This document shows, piece by piece, positions 27,346 to 37,349 of a DNA stretch of 64,000 bases (positions are counted from its first letter, which is position 1; each line of letters begins with the position of its first letter). The DNA is from Sphingopyxis sp. GTDB lineage: Bacteria > Pseudomonadota > Alphaproteobacteria > Sphingomonadales > Sphingomonadaceae. Position numbers and translations under genes: made by a program. The notes under the pieces were generated by a model that saw only the letters and a list, made by a program, of their open reading frames with translations, was not told the origin of the DNA and did no database searches. The stretch covers positions 592,135 through 656,134 of the forward strand of contig NZ_OZ257261.1 in the NCBI RefSeq assembly GCF_965279755.1, given 5' to 3'.

Positions 27346-28020
27346 TCAGCCGGCCGCCCGCACGGCGAGCTGCCCGGCAAAGGCCAGTCCACCGAGGATG
27401 AGCGCCACAGGCAGCAATCCGTCGACGCGATCGAAAAGTCCGCCATGGCCGGGGATAAGCTTGCCCGAATCCTTGACCCCCGCGCTGCGCTTCATCCAGC
27501 TTTGACCGAGGTCGCCGAGCTGCGCGATCAGCCCCATGATCAGGCCGATCCACAACGGCACGCCGAGAATCCCGCCGCGGTCAGCGATCGTCGAACCCAC
27601 GACGAGCGCCGCGATCATGCCGCCGATCAGACCCGACCAAGTCTTTGACGGGCTGATTTTCGGCGCAAGGCGCGCTCCGCCAAAGGCCCGGCCGGCGAAA
27701 TAGGCGCCGATGTCGGTCGCCCAGACCATGCCGAACACCCATAGCGCGGCCGTCATGCCGAGCGCGTCGCGGATGAACCAGAGACCAGTCATCGCGCCGA
27801 GGATCGCGACCGGACCCAGCACGGTGAGCGCCGCCTTGGCGCCGCCGCCCAGCCCCATCGCGCGCACGAGCGCGAGCCATTCAACGATGACGAGCGCGCC
27901 GCCCACGAGCAGAAGCAAGCCGAAGGCGATCCCGCCGAACCACAGCGCGGTCCCCGCGATCGCGAACATCACGATCGCCGATCCCACGCGCGTCCAGAGG
28001 TCAGACTTGCCCGCTGCCAT
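27346..28020 (-). CDS. cdsA: Phosphatidate cytidylyltransferase
   Basis: Polytopic membrane protein with the C-terminal signature KRSAGVKDSGKLIPGHGGLFDRVDG. At 224 aa it is short for the family. Confidence 0.85.
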   Translation of the reverse strand: MAAGKSDLWTRVGSAIVMFAIAGTALWFGGIAFGLLLLVGGALVIVEWLALVRAMGLGGGAKAALTVLGPVAILGAMTGLWFIRDALGMTAALWVFGMVWATDIGAYFAGRAFGGARLAPKISPSKTWSGLIGGMIAALVVGSTIADRGGILGVPLWIGLIMGLIAQLGDLGQSWMKRSAGVKDSGKLIPGHGGLFDRVDGLLPVALILGGLAFAGQLAVRAAG

Positions 28021-28023
28021 AGT

Positions 28024-28716
28024 TCAAAGCCCCCCGTAGCGGCGTTCACGCCGTGCAAAATGATCGAGTGCCGCTTGAAGGTCGGCGGGCCCGAAGTCGG
28101 GCCATAATGTGTCGGTGAAATAGAGTTCGGCGTAGGCCGACTGCCAGAGCAGGAAGTTCGACAGCCGCACCTCGCCAGAGGTGCGAATCAGCAGATCAAG
28201 CGGCGGCAGGTCGGCGGTATCGAGGTTGGCCTCGATCGTCTCCGCCGTGATCGCACCGCCCGCCGCAGCGGCGTTGGCCGCGCGCACCAGTTCGTCCTGC
28301 GCGCCATAGTTGAGCGCGACCGCCAGCGTCGTGCGCTTGTTCCCGGCGGTGCGGTCGAGCGCCCCCTGGATCAGCTCGACGACATCGGGCGCCAGCGCGC
28401 GCCAGTCGCCGATGATCTGGAGCCGGACGTCGTTCGCCGCAAATTCTTCGAGATCGCTGAGGATGAAGCGCTTCATCAGCCCCATCAGGTCGCTGACCTC
28501 TTCCTCGGGCCGTTTCCAGTTTTCCGAAGAAAAGGCATAGAGAGTCATTGCCTCCAGTCCCATTTTCGCTGCCTCGCGCACGATCGTGCGTACCGCATCG
28601 ACCCCTGCCTTATGACCCGCGACGCGCGGCAGAAAGCGCTTCTTGGCCCAGCGGCCGTTGCCATCCATGATGATGGCAACGTGGCGGGCGCCGTGGGGGG
28701 CGGCTGGCGTCGTCAT
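28024..28716 (-). CDS. uppS: Isoprenyl transferase (undecaprenyl-diphosphate synthase)
   Basis: HVAIIMDGNGRWA and the ...IRTSGEVRLSNFLLWQ motifs are present. Confidence 0.95.
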   Translation of the reverse strand: MTTPAAPHGARHVAIIMDGNGRWAKKRFLPRVAGHKAGVDAVRTIVREAAKMGLEAMTLYAFSSENWKRPEEEVSDLMGLMKRFILSDLEEFAANDVRLQIIGDWRALAPDVVELIQGALDRTAGNKRTTLAVALNYGAQDELVRAANAAAAGGAITAETIEANLDTADLPPLDLLIRTSGEVRLSNFLLWQSAYAELYFTDTLWPDFGPADLQAALDHFARRERRYGGL

Positions 28717-28750
28717 GTCAGATACCGGGTCCGGGCGACCATTGGGTCCA

Positions 28751-29305
28751 CTAGCCCAGAATTTCCTTTTCCTTGGCGGTCGCAGCGGCGTCGATTTCGG
28801 CGATCGTGCTGTCGGTCAGCTTCTGCACCTCGGTCTCGTGGCGCTTGCGATCGTCCTCGCTGATTTCCTTTTTATTCTCGTCGGCCTTCAGATTGTCCAT
28901 GCCGTCACGGCGGACGTTGCGAGCCGCGACGCGCGCCTTTTCGGCATATTGACCGGCAAGCTTCGACAGCTCCTTGCGGCGCTCCTGCGTCATTTCGGGG
29001 ATCGGCAGGCGAAGCGTCTGACCGTCGACGATCGGGTTGAGACCAAGGCCCGCCGATCGGATCGCCTTGTCGACCGGACCGACGTTCGACTTGTCCCACA
29101 CCTGCACCGACAGCATGCGCGGTTCGGGGGCGCTGACCGAGGCGACCTGGTTGAGCGGCATATGGCTGCCATAGACCTCGACCGTTACCGGATCGAGCAG
29201 CGCGGTGTGCGCGCGGCCCGTGCGCAGGCCCGACAGGTCGCTCTTCAGCGATTCGACGGCGCCGTGCATGCGGCGCTCGAGGTCGGCCTTGTCATATTTC
29301 GCCAT
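28751..29305 (-). CDS. frr: Ribosome recycling factor
   Basis: 184 aa with typical RRF sequence (...[11 protein letters not shown]...[13 protein letters not shown]...). Confidence 0.95.
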   Translation of the reverse strand: MAKYDKADLERRMHGAVESLKSDLSGLRTGRAHTALLDPVTVEVYGSHMPLNQVASVSAPEPRMLSVQVWDKSNVGPVDKAIRSAGLGLNPIVDGQTLRLPIPEMTQERRKELSKLAGQYAEKARVAARNVRRDGMDNLKADENKKEISEDDRKRHETEVQKLTDSTIAEIDAAATAKEKEILG

Positions 29306-29328
29306 CTGTCTTTCCTCTCTTGATCTTT

Positions 29329-30051
29329 TCAGGCGTGGGCGCGGACGATCGTAGCAACGCCCTCACCCGTCAACACGCGCGCCAGATTGCCGGCTTCGCG
29401 GATATTGAACACAACGATCGGGATATTGTTGTCACGGCAAAGCGCGACCGCACTCGCGTCCATCACTTTCAGATTGTCGGCAAGCACACGGTCGTAGCTG
29501 AGGCTGTCATAGCGCACCGCGCTCGCGTCCTTCTTGGGATCGGCATTGTAAACGCCATCGACGCTAGTGCCCTTCAGAAGCGCGTCGCACTTCATCTCGG
29601 CGGCGCGCAGCGCGGCGCCGCTGTCGGTGGTGAAATAGGGCGCGCCGACACCGGCAGCAAAGATCACGACGCGGCCCTTTTCGAGATGGCGTTCGGCGCG
29701 GCGGCGGATCACCGGCTCGCACACCTTGTCCATCTCGATCGCCGACTGGACGCGCGTTTCGACGCCGAGCTGTTCGAGCGCATTCTGCATCGCCAGGGCG
29801 TTCATCACGGTCGCGAGCATACCCATATAATCGGCCTGCGCGCGGTCCATGCCCTTGGCAGCGCCCGCCATCCCGCGAAAGATATTGCCACCGCCGATGA
29901 CGAGGCAGATTTCGAGCCCGCTGTCCTTCGCGCCCTTGACCTCGGCCGCCATGCTCGCGACCGTTTCAGGGTCGATACCGAAGGGGGTCGATCCCATCAG
30001 CGCCTCGCCCGACAGCTTGAGCAAAATGCGTTTCATGCCGGGCAAAGCCAT
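29329..30051 (-). CDS. pyrH: UMP kinase
   Basis: [13 protein letters not shown]-terminal motif. Start taken at ATG 30051 ([11 protein letters not shown]). The track start 30072 is a TTG and remains possible. Confidence 0.95.
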   Translation of the reverse strand: MALPGMKRILLKLSGEALMGSTPFGIDPETVASMAAEVKGAKDSGLEICLVIGGGNIFRGMAGAAKGMDRAQADYMGMLATVMNALAMQNALEQLGVETRVQSAIEMDKVCEPVIRRRAERHLEKGRVVIFAAGVGAPYFTTDSGAALRAAEMKCDALLKGTSVDGVYNADPKKDASAVRYDSLSYDRVLADNLKVMDASAVALCRDNNIPIVVFNIREAGNLARVLTGEGVATIVRAHA

Positions 30052-30086
30052 GTCGGGGGGAACCTCTTGCAAACTCTACATACGCG

Positions 30087-30120
30087 AATGGCGCGCACCC
30101 TAGTGAAGGCGCGCGCCATT
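30087..30120 (-). promoter_or_regulatory. 10-bp perfect hairpin AATGGCGCGC / GCGCGCCATT between tsf and pyrH
   Basis: Stem 30087-30096 / 30111-30120 with a 14-nt loop. No U-tract follows on the minus strand, so it is not a canonical terminator. Confidence 0.35.
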
Positions 30121-30166
30121 GCCAAGCGGACTGCCACGCCGAAGCGCAGCAATCCGGTTCTTCTTT

Positions 30167-31093
30167 TTAGACGCCGGCGACCGCCGCGACTTCCGCCGCG
30201 AAATCGCTTTCTTCCTTCTCGATGCCTTCACCGAGCTGGAAGCGGACGAAGCCCTTGAGCGTGATCGTCGCGCCGACATCCTTGCCGGCAGCGGCAACGA
30301 CTTCGGCGACCGGGGTCTTGCCGTCCATCACGAACAGCTGCGACAGCAGCGCGTTTTCCTTGCGGAACTTCGCGATCGAGCCATCGACCATCTTGCTGAC
30401 GATATCGGCGGGCTTGCCCGACTGGGCCGCCTTCTCCTCTGCGATCGCGCGTTCGCGGGCGACGAGGTCGGCGTCGAGATCATCGCCGTTCAGCGCCAGC
30501 GGGTTCGCGGCGGCGACATGCATCGCCAGCTGTTTGCCCAGCGGTTCGAGGACGTCGGCACCGGCGGTCGATTCGAGCGCGATCAACACGCCGATCTTGC
30601 CCATGCCCGGAGCGGCGGCGTTATGGACATAGCCCGTGACGACGCCCGAGTTCACCGAGACGATGACGCTGCGGCGCAGCGACTGGTTTTCACCGATCGT
30701 CGCGATGTTGCTGGTCAGCTTCTCGGCGACCGTACCACCGCCGGGATAGGCAGCGGCGGCGAGCGCTTCGATGTCCGAAAGATTGCCGGCGAGCGCGACC
30801 TGGGTCACCTCGCGGACGAATTCCTGGAACTGCTCATTCTTGCCGACGAAATCGGTTTCGCTGTTCACCTCGACGAGCGCGCCCTTGGTGCCATCGGTCG
30901 CAAAGCCGACGAGACCTTCGGCGGCGACGCGGCCGGCCTTCTTGGCGGCGGCGGCGAGACCCTTGGTACGCAGCCAGTCGATCGACGCTTCGATGTCACC
31001 GTTGTTTTCGGAGAGCGCCTTTTTGCAGTCCATCATGCCGGCGCCAGTGCGGTCGCGCAATTCCTTGACGAGAGCGGCCGTAATCTCAGCCAT
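30167..31093 (-). CDS. tsf: Translation elongation factor Ts
   Basis: [27 protein letters not shown] is the canonical EF-Ts N-terminus. 308 aa. Confidence 0.95.
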   Translation of the reverse strand: MAEITAALVKELRDRTGAGMMDCKKALSENNGDIEASIDWLRTKGLAAAAKKAGRVAAEGLVGFATDGTKGALVEVNSETDFVGKNEQFQEFVREVTQVALAGNLSDIEALAAAAYPGGGTVAEKLTSNIATIGENQSLRRSVIVSVNSGVVTGYVHNAAAPGMGKIGVLIALESTAGADVLEPLGKQLAMHVAAANPLALNGDDLDADLVARERAIAEEKAAQSGKPADIVSKMVDGSIAKFRKENALLSQLFVMDGKTPVAEVVAAAGKDVGATITLKGFVRFQLGEGIEKEESDFAAEVAAVAGV

Positions 31094-31104
31094 GGGATAT
31101 TCCT

Positions 31105-31134
31105 TTCCAAAAGGGCGGGCCCGTTTCGGCCCGC
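31105..31134 (-). terminator. Rho-independent terminator/attenuator just upstream of the tsf RBS
   Basis: The minus strand reads GCGGGCC-gaaacg-GGCCCGC, then CCTTTTGG, then AAAGGAATATCCC-ATG (tsf). 7-bp GC stem 31115-31121 / 31128-31134. Confidence 0.55.
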
Positions 31135-31171
31135 GAGACGCCCGCGCGCATGGCGGGGCGATAAGTCAAAG

Positions 31172-31218
31172 GAATGACAGGGGACGGCGCCAGCGGATGC
31201 CGCGCCGTCCCGTCATTC
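31172..31218 (-). terminator. Long hairpin immediately after the rpsB stop
   Basis: About 17 bp of pairing (GAATGAC + GGGACGGCGC arms) with a 2-nt bulge, followed on the minus strand by CTTTGACTTATCG, a weak U-tract. Confidence 0.5.
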
Positions 31219-31228
31219 ACGGAGCGGA

Positions 31229-32080
31229 TTAGGCGTCGCTCTGACGTTCGGTTTCAGCAGCGGCTTCGGCCGGAACCTGTTCGTCCTCGGTCACCGGCGC
31301 AGCAACCTCGGCAGCCGGAGCGGCTTCTTCGGTCAGCACGGCTTCGGCGGCGGGCTCGACAGCGGCGCCAAGATCCTCGCCACGGTTCGCGCGGGCCTGC
31401 TGGCCGCCACGGGTCGCCGCCTGGGCAACCGCATCGCAGTACAAACGGATCGCACGCGCCGCGTCATCGTTCGCCGGAACCGGGAAAGCGATGCCGTCGG
31501 GCGAGACGTTAGAATCGAGGATCGCAACGACGGGGATACCCAGAACGTTGGCTTCCTTGATCGCCAGCTCTTCCTTATTCGCGTCGATCACGAACATCAC
31601 GTCGGGAATGCCGCCCATGTCGCGAATGCCGCCGAGCGACATTTCCAGCTTGTCACGTTCGCGGGTGCGGTTGAGGACTTCCTTCTTGGTGAGGCCCGAG
31701 GTGTCGCCCGAAAGCTGCTCTTCGAGCGTCTTGAGGCGCTTGATCGAGTTCGAGATCGTCTTCCAGTTGGTGAGCATGCCGCCCAGCCAGCGGTGGTTGA
31801 CGAAGTGCTGACCCGAAGCACGGGCCGCATCGGCGATCGGGCTCTGCGCCTGACGCTTGGTGCCAACGAACAGCACCTTGCCGCCGGCGGCCGAGGTCGA
31901 GGCGATGAAGTCCAGCGCGCGCGCGAAGAGCGGCACGGTCTGCGACAGGTCGAGGATGTGGATGCCGTTGCGCGCGCCGAAGATATACGGCTTCATGCGC
32001 GGGTTCCAACGGTGGGTCTGGTGGCCGAAGTGGGCGCCAGCTTCGATAAGATTCTGCATCGTGACGACAGGTGCCGCCAT
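31229..32080 (-). CDS. rpsB: 30S ribosomal protein S2
   Basis: ATG at 32080 with GGAAGGAGA SD. ...[19 protein letters not shown]... is canonical S2, with an acidic/Ala-rich C-terminal tail. Confidence 0.95.
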   Translation of the reverse strand: MAAPVVTMQNLIEAGAHFGHQTHRWNPRMKPYIFGARNGIHILDLSQTVPLFARALDFIASTSAAGGKVLFVGTKRQAQSPIADAARASGQHFVNHRWLGGMLTNWKTISNSIKRLKTLEEQLSGDTSGLTKKEVLNRTRERDKLEMSLGGIRDMGGIPDVMFVIDANKEELAIKEANVLGIPVVAILDSNVSPDGIAFPVPANDDAARAIRLYCDAVAQAATRGGQQARANRGEDLGAAVEPAAEAVLTEEAAPAAEVAAPVTEDEQVPAEAAAETERQSDA

Positions 32081-32392
32081 AGTCTTTCTCCTTCCGGTTA
32101 GTCCTCTGAAAGGCAAGAACCGAGCTATCCGCTAGCGGAATATCCCGGCACCGGTATGTGCGCCTTCCATGTGGAATGGGCGGCCCGTTAGACCGCTCGC
32201 CCGCGAAACGCAAGGGCGAACAGCGATTCAGGCGCTTGTTGACCGCCACGCCGAAAACTCGGTCCGACGACAAAGCGACTCCGTTCGTCGCATTTTGCTT
32301 GAGAACAAACCGAGAACATGGAACCAAATGCTCAACGAAACCGTCGCTGGTTAACAAAAGGTTTCGCACACAGAAGCCGGAAGGACAAGATC

Positions 32393-32650
32393 ATGGTTCA
32401 GGTCGCTGCCGCTCTCCTCTTTGCCGTCGCCGCAGGGCTCGGCCTTACCGTCATCCTCGCGATGTTGAAGAATAACGAGAATGCGATTCTTTCGGCCCTG
32501 CTAGGTGAAGGTGCCTTCCCGGCCGATGCCGCGCCGCAGCCCGGCCCCGCATCGCAGGTCATCACACTGCGCCGCTCACCCGCGCGCCGTGATGCGTCGC
32601 GCGCGGTTCGTTCGGATTACACCCGACCGCAGCTCAGCCGCGCCGCCTGA
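32393..32650 (+). CDS. Small hypothetical single-TM protein
   Basis: ATG at 32393 preceded by GGAAGGA. MVQVAAALLFAVAAGLGLTVILAML is one TM helix and the rest is Pro/Arg-rich. The 3' end overlaps the pssA 3' end by 17 nt. Weak support. Confidence 0.35.
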   Translation: MVQVAAALLFAVAAGLGLTVILAMLKNNENAILSALLGEGAFPADAAPQPGPASQVITLRRSPARRDASRAVRSDYTRPQLSRAA

Positions 32651-33407
32651 CTTTCGTATAGCTTGCGATGCCAAAGGGCAGGAGCGCGACATAGAGCGCG
32701 CAAATCGCGAGCAACGTCAGCCAGGGCGCAGTGACGAGCGCAGCTCCGAGCAGACCAATCCCAGCAAGCGCGAAAAGCCGCCAGGATCTGCGGATGCGTA
32801 TCGAAGACCAGCTATAGGTCGGGATCGCGGAAATCATCAGCATCGCAACGCCCAGTGCCCATGGCATAACGACATACCATTCTCGGAACAGATCGTTGCC
32901 AGTGGTCAGCCACAGATAGACGGGAACGAACGACAGCCCCGCCCCCGCTGGCGCAGGAATGCCGGTCATGAAGCCGGCGGCCTTGTGCGGCTGGATCTCG
33001 GCGTCGAGGCGCGAGTTGAAGCGCGCAAGCCGCAGCGCGCAGCAGACCGCGAGCGCCAACGCTGCGGTCCAACCGAACTTCGGCGCATTGTCGAGCGACC
33101 AGAGAAACAGGATCATCGCTGGCGCGACGCCGAAGGCGATCACGTCGGAAAGCGAATCGAGCTCGGCGCCGAATTTGCTCTGCGCACGCAGCAGGCGCGC
33201 GATCCGTCCGTCCATCCCGTCGAGCACGCCGGCAAAGATCACCGCCGCCAGCGCCTTTTCCCATTCCTCGCCGATCGCGAAACGGACGCCGGTCAGCCCG
33301 AAGCAGAGCGCGAGCGCCGTGATCGCATTAGGCGCGAACGCACGGAGCGGAATGCCGGCCAGCCGGCGCTGCTCGCGCCCTGCATCCCTCTGCGGCGCGT
33401 CCGCCAT
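32634..33407 (-). CDS. pssA: CDP-diacylglycerol--serine O-phosphatidyltransferase
   Basis: ATG at 33407. CDP-alcohol phosphotransferase motif DGMDGRIAR...G.ELDSL.D. Polytopic membrane protein. Confidence 0.9.
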   Translation of the reverse strand: MADAPQRDAGREQRRLAGIPLRAFAPNAITALALCFGLTGVRFAIGEEWEKALAAVIFAGVLDGMDGRIARLLRAQSKFGAELDSLSDVIAFGVAPAMILFLWSLDNAPKFGWTAALALAVCCALRLARFNSRLDAEIQPHKAAGFMTGIPAPAGAGLSFVPVYLWLTTGNDLFREWYVVMPWALGVAMLMISAIPTYSWSSIRIRRSWRLFALAGIGLLGAALVTAPWLTLLAICALYVALLPFGIASYTKVRRRG

Positions 33408-33408
33408 A

Positions 33409-34143
33409 TTATTGACCGACGCCGTCGAGAATTTCGGACTTGCCGATGCGCGCAATCACCGTCTCGCCCGCCAGCGCGCGCTGGCCGAGCAGGATTTGCG
33501 GCGTGGTGCCACCAGGCAGATAGACGTCGACGCGGCTGCCGAAACGGATAAGCCCGACACGCTGGCCGGTGCCAAGCTCGGTCCCCATGCTGACGAAGGG
33601 CATGATGCGCCGTGCGACCAGCCCGGCAATCTGGGTGAAGCCGATCCGGACACCATCGGCGCGCTCGACGACGAAATGCTGGCGCTCATTCTCCTCGCTC
33701 GCCTTGTCGAGGTCGGCGTTCAGGAATTTCCCAGGAATATAGACGAGCTTGCGCAGCGTCCCCGCAACAGGGGTGCGATTGATGTGGACGTCGAAGACGC
33801 TCATGAAGATCGAGACGCGCAGCATTGTCGCATCGGATAGGCCGTCGGGGCCGGCGATCTCGGGCGGCGGTGCAACCTCCGCGATCTGGGTCACCAGCCC
33901 GTCGGCGGGGGCGACGATCACGTCGCTGCCGGTCGGCGTGACCCGTACCGGATCGCGGAAAAAGGCCGCGACCCAGACGGTGATACCTAGCATCAGCCAG
34001 CCCACTATCTCCCAGCCAAGGAGCCAGAAGCAGAGCGTGATGATTCCCGCAATGAGAAGGAATTTTCGGCCCTCGGGGTGCACCGATGGCCAGCGCCACT
34101 TGATGCCGCCGCCGGGACGGTTCGAAGAGATGGTTGTCGACAT
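33409..34143 (-). CDS. psd: Phosphatidylserine decarboxylase proenzyme
   Basis: ATG at 34143. Short alphaproteobacterial Psd type with the C-terminal FGSRVD cleavage-site region (GS). Its stop lies 1 nt from the pssA start. Confidence 0.9.
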   Translation of the reverse strand: MSTTISSNRPGGGIKWRWPSVHPEGRKFLLIAGIITLCFWLLGWEIVGWLMLGITVWVAAFFRDPVRVTPTGSDVIVAPADGLVTQIAEVAPPPEIAGPDGLSDATMLRVSIFMSVFDVHINRTPVAGTLRKLVYIPGKFLNADLDKASEENERQHFVVERADGVRIGFTQIAGLVARRIMPFVSMGTELGTGQRVGLIRFGSRVDVYLPGGTTPQILLGQRALAGETVIARIGKSEILDGVGQ

Positions 34144-34297
34144 GGCCCATCTTCTAGGGGGGCGATTCCGCCGTGACAACGGAATAAGACACCGCGATCA
34201 CGACCGGTCAGGGGTGCCACGGGGCAGTTGAACAATCGCGCGGCTTTGCTTAAGGCCCGCTGCAACTCCGACTCCCCAAGGAAAAAGGCTGAAACGC

Positions 34298-35512
34298 ATG
34301 GGCAAGATCAAGGTAGCCAACCCGGTCGTCGAACTCGACGGCGACGAAATGACCCGGATCATCTGGCAATGGATCCGCGAGCGCCTGATTCTTCCCTATC
34401 TCGATGTCGATTTGCACTATTACGACCTCGGCATCGAGGAACGCGACCGCACCGACGACAAGATCACCGTCGAAGCCGCGAACGCGATCAAGAAATATGG
34501 CGTCGGCGTGAAGTGCGCCACGATCACTCCCGACGAAGCCCGTGTCGAAGAGTTCGGCCTCAAAAAGATGTGGAAGTCGCCCAACGGCACGATCCGCAAC
34601 ATCCTCGGCGGCGTCGTGTTCCGCGAACCGATCGTCATGAAAAACGTCCCGCGCCTCGTTCCCGGCTGGACCGACCCGATCGTCGTCGGCCGCCACGCAT
34701 TCGGCGACCAGTATAAGGCGACCGACTTCCGCGTCCCCGGTCCCGGCAAGCTGCGCCTTGTGTTCGAGGGCGAAGACGGCACGCTGATCGACGAGGAAGT
34801 GTTCCAGTTCCCGTCGTCGGGCGTCGCGATGGGGATGTACAATCTCGACGATTCGATCCGCGACTTCGCGCGCGCCAGCCTGAACTACGGCCTCGCGCGC
34901 CAGTGGCCGGTGTATCTGTCGACCAAGAACACAATCCTCAAGGCCTATGACGGCCGCTTCAAGGACCTCTTCGAAGAAGTCTTCAACGCCGAGTTCAAGG
35001 CGAAGTTCGACGAAATCGGCATCGTGTACGAGCATCGCCTGATCGACGACATGGTCGCCTCGGCGCTCAAATGGAGCGGCAAGTTCGTCTGGGCCTGCAA
35101 GAATTACGACGGCGACGTCCAGTCGGACACCGTCGCGCAGGGCTTCGGCTCGCTCGGCCTGATGACCAGCGTGCTGATGACCCCCGACGGCCAGACCGTG
35201 GAATCGGAAGCCGCGCACGGCACCGTCACGCGTCACTATCGCATGCATCAGCAGGGTAAGGCGACGTCGACCAACCCGATCGCGTCGATCTTCGCCTGGA
35301 CCGGGGGCCTCAAGCATCGCGGCAAGCTCGACGACAATGCTGCACTGATCAAGTTCGCCGACGACCTTGAAAAAGTCTGCGTCGCGACGGTCGAAAGCGG
35401 CAAGATGACCAAGGATCTCGCGCTGCTGATCGGCCCCGATCAGAACTGGCTGACGACCGAAGGTTTCTTCGAGGCGATCGTCGAAAATCTCGAAAAGAAA
35501 ATGGGTGCCTGA
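34298..35512 (+). CDS. icd: NADP-dependent isocitrate dehydrogenase (eukaryote-like homodimeric type)
   Basis: [23 protein letters not shown]... is typical of the ~405-aa type II IDH family. Confidence 0.95.
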   Translation: MGKIKVANPVVELDGDEMTRIIWQWIRERLILPYLDVDLHYYDLGIEERDRTDDKITVEAANAIKKYGVGVKCATITPDEARVEEFGLKKMWKSPNGTIRNILGGVVFREPIVMKNVPRLVPGWTDPIVVGRHAFGDQYKATDFRVPGPGKLRLVFEGEDGTLIDEEVFQFPSSGVAMGMYNLDDSIRDFARASLNYGLARQWPVYLSTKNTILKAYDGRFKDLFEEVFNAEFKAKFDEIGIVYEHRLIDDMVASALKWSGKFVWACKNYDGDVQSDTVAQGFGSLGLMTSVLMTPDGQTVESEAAHGTVTRHYRMHQQGKATSTNPIASIFAWTGGLKHRGKLDDNAALIKFADDLEKVCVATVESGKMTKDLALLIGPDQNWLTTEGFFEAIVENLEKKMGA

Positions 35513-35552
35513 AAAACAACTGAAAAGGTTGGGTTAGACGTCTAGCCAATCG

Positions 35553-35577
35553 GGGCCGGCCTGCATAAGGTCGGCCC
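35553..35577 (+). terminator. icd 3' hairpin ending 2 nt before the start codon of the next gene
   Basis: GGGCCGGCC-tgcataa-GGTCGGCCC forms 9 bp including one G-U pair, followed by TT then ATG at 35580. The only SD-like AAGG for the Kef-type gene sits at the loop/3' arm junction. Confidence 0.45.
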
Positions 35578-35579
35578 TT

Positions 35580-37349
35580 ATGGTATCGGAGACAGAAACC
35601 TCGCTTATCGGCGATGCGCTGGTGGTGCTGGGCGCCGCGGGCATCGTGATCCCGGCATTCGCCCGCTTCCGCCTGCCGCCCGTGATCGGCTTCATCCTCG
35701 TCGGACTGCTCGTCGGCCCCTCCGGGCTCGGGTCGCTGACCGGCGATTATCCCTGGCTCCGCCACGTTACGATCGGATCGGCGGAGGAGATCGCGCTCTT
35801 TGCCGAGCTTGGCATCGTCCTGCTGCTTTTCTCGATCGGGCTCGAACTGTCGTTCCGCCGCCTGTGGCAGCTCCGCAAGCTGGTGTTCGGGATCGGCGCC
35901 GCCGAACTGACGCTTTGCGGCCTGATCCTCGGCACCGCATTGTTGCTGCTCGGCGATCTGTCGACCCCCGCCGCCTATGGCCTCGGCATCGCCCTCGCCC
36001 TGTCCTCGACCGCGCTTGTGCTGCCGATCGCAGGCACCAAATCGGCTGTTGGCAAATCGGCCTTTTCGATGCTGTTGTTCGAGGATCTGGCCCTCGTCCC
36101 GATCATCTTCGTCCTCGCCGCGCTCTCGCCTGCCGCCTCAGGGGACAGCGCCGAACTGCTGCTGACGACATTGTGGCAGGGGGTGCTCGTCGTCGCCGCA
36201 CTCGCGATCGGCGGCTGGTTCCTGCTGCCGAAGATTTTCGCGCAGGCCGCGCGCGCCAAGGATCCCGAACTGTTCCTAGCCGCCAGCCTGCTCGTCGTCA
36301 TCGTGGCCGCGCTCGCAACCGCGGCGGTCGGCCTGTCGCCGATCGTCGGCGCGCTGCTCGCCGGCCTGATGATCGCCGAGACCGAATATCATGAAGAGGT
36401 CGAGGCGATCACGGCGCCGTTCAAGGGGCTCGCGCTCGGGGTGTTCCTGATCAGCGTCGGCATGGGGCTCAACCTCAAGAGCATCGCCGCATTGTGGCCG
36501 CAACTGATCGCGGCGGTGGTCGGCGTCGTGTTGGTCAAGGCGGTCGTCACCGCCGCGCTGCTCCGCTTTTCGGGGGTTGCCCGCCGCGGCACCGCCGCCG
36601 AGGTCGGTCTGCTGATGTCGAGCCCCTCAGAAACGACCCTGATCGTGCTCGCGACCGCCCTGCAGGCGCAACTCATCAGCCGCAGCACGGCCGAGTTCTG
36701 GCAACTGGTCACCGCGATCGGGCTGACGATCACCCCGCTGCTTGCCCGCGTCGGCCACGACATTGCGCGGCGGATCGAGATGCGTACCGGCGAAGCACAG
36801 CCAGAGGAAACACCCGAGGGGCGCACGGTTATCGTCGGCTTCGGCCGCGTCGGCCGCACGGTGGCCGAACTTCTGCGCGAACATGGCCGTCCCTATGTGG
36901 CGGTCGATGCCGACATCGACACCGTCGCAGCAGCCCGCCGCGACGGCTTTTCGGTACGCTTTGCCGACGTCGCGCGGCCCGGCAGCCTCGACAAGCTGGG
37001 GATCGAGAATGCCCAGGCCATCGTGCTGACGATGGACGACCCTGTCCAGCAGCTCCGCATGACGCGCCAGTTGAAACAGAAATATCCCGATCTGCCGATC
37101 ATCAGCCGCGCCCGCGACGCCGATCACGCCGCCGCGCTCTATCGGGCGGGCGCGAACGATGCGGTGCCCGAAACACTCGAAAGCTCGCTCCAGCTTGCCG
37201 AAGCGGTGCTGATCGACCTGGGCGTCGCGATGGGGCCGGTGATCGCCTCGATCCATGATGTCCGCGCCAAGATGCGCCACGACATCATGACCAAGGGCGA
37301 TCTCGAACACGAGCCGCGCATCCGCAAGCTCAGGACACCTGGTAGCTAG
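35580..37349 (+). CDS. CPA2-family cation:proton antiporter with C-terminal RCK/TrkA-N domain (Kef-type)
   Basis: About 12 TM helices, then a Rossmann-like VIVGFGRVGRTVAELL domain. 589 aa. Confidence 0.85.
   Translation: MVSETETSLIGDALVVLGAAGIVIPAFARFRLPPVIGFILVGLLVGPSGLGSLTGDYPWLRHVTIGSAEEIALFAELGIVLLLFSIGLELSFRRLWQLRKLVFGIGAAELTLCGLILGTALLLLGDLSTPAAYGLGIALALSSTALVLPIAGTKSAVGKSAFSMLLFEDLALVPIIFVLAALSPAASGDSAELLLTTLWQGVLVVAALAIGGWFLLPKIFAQAARAKDPELFLAASLLVVIVAALATAAVGLSPIVGALLAGLMIAETEYHEEVEAITAPFKGLALGVFLISVGMGLNLKSIAALWPQLIAAVVGVVLVKAVVTAALLRFSGVARRGTAAEVGLLMSSPSETTLIVLATALQAQLISRSTAEFWQLVTAIGLTITPLLARVGHDIARRIEMRTGEAQPEETPEGRTVIVGFGRVGRTVAELLREHGRPYVAVDADIDTVAAARRDGFSVRFADVARPGSLDKLGIENAQAIVLTMDDPVQQLRMTRQLKQKYPDLPIISRARDADHAAALYRAGANDAVPETLESSLQLAEAVLIDLGVAMGPVIASIHDVRAKMRHDIMTKGDLEHEPRIRKLRTPGS

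Noticed and set aside
32275-32298. Hairpin GCGAC-tccgttc-GTCGC followed by ATTTTGC on the + strand in the rpsB upstream gap, considered as a possible sRNA terminator
   Set aside because: The stem is only 5 bp, and no convincing promoter or conserved structure is visible. The evidence is too weak to call an ncRNA.
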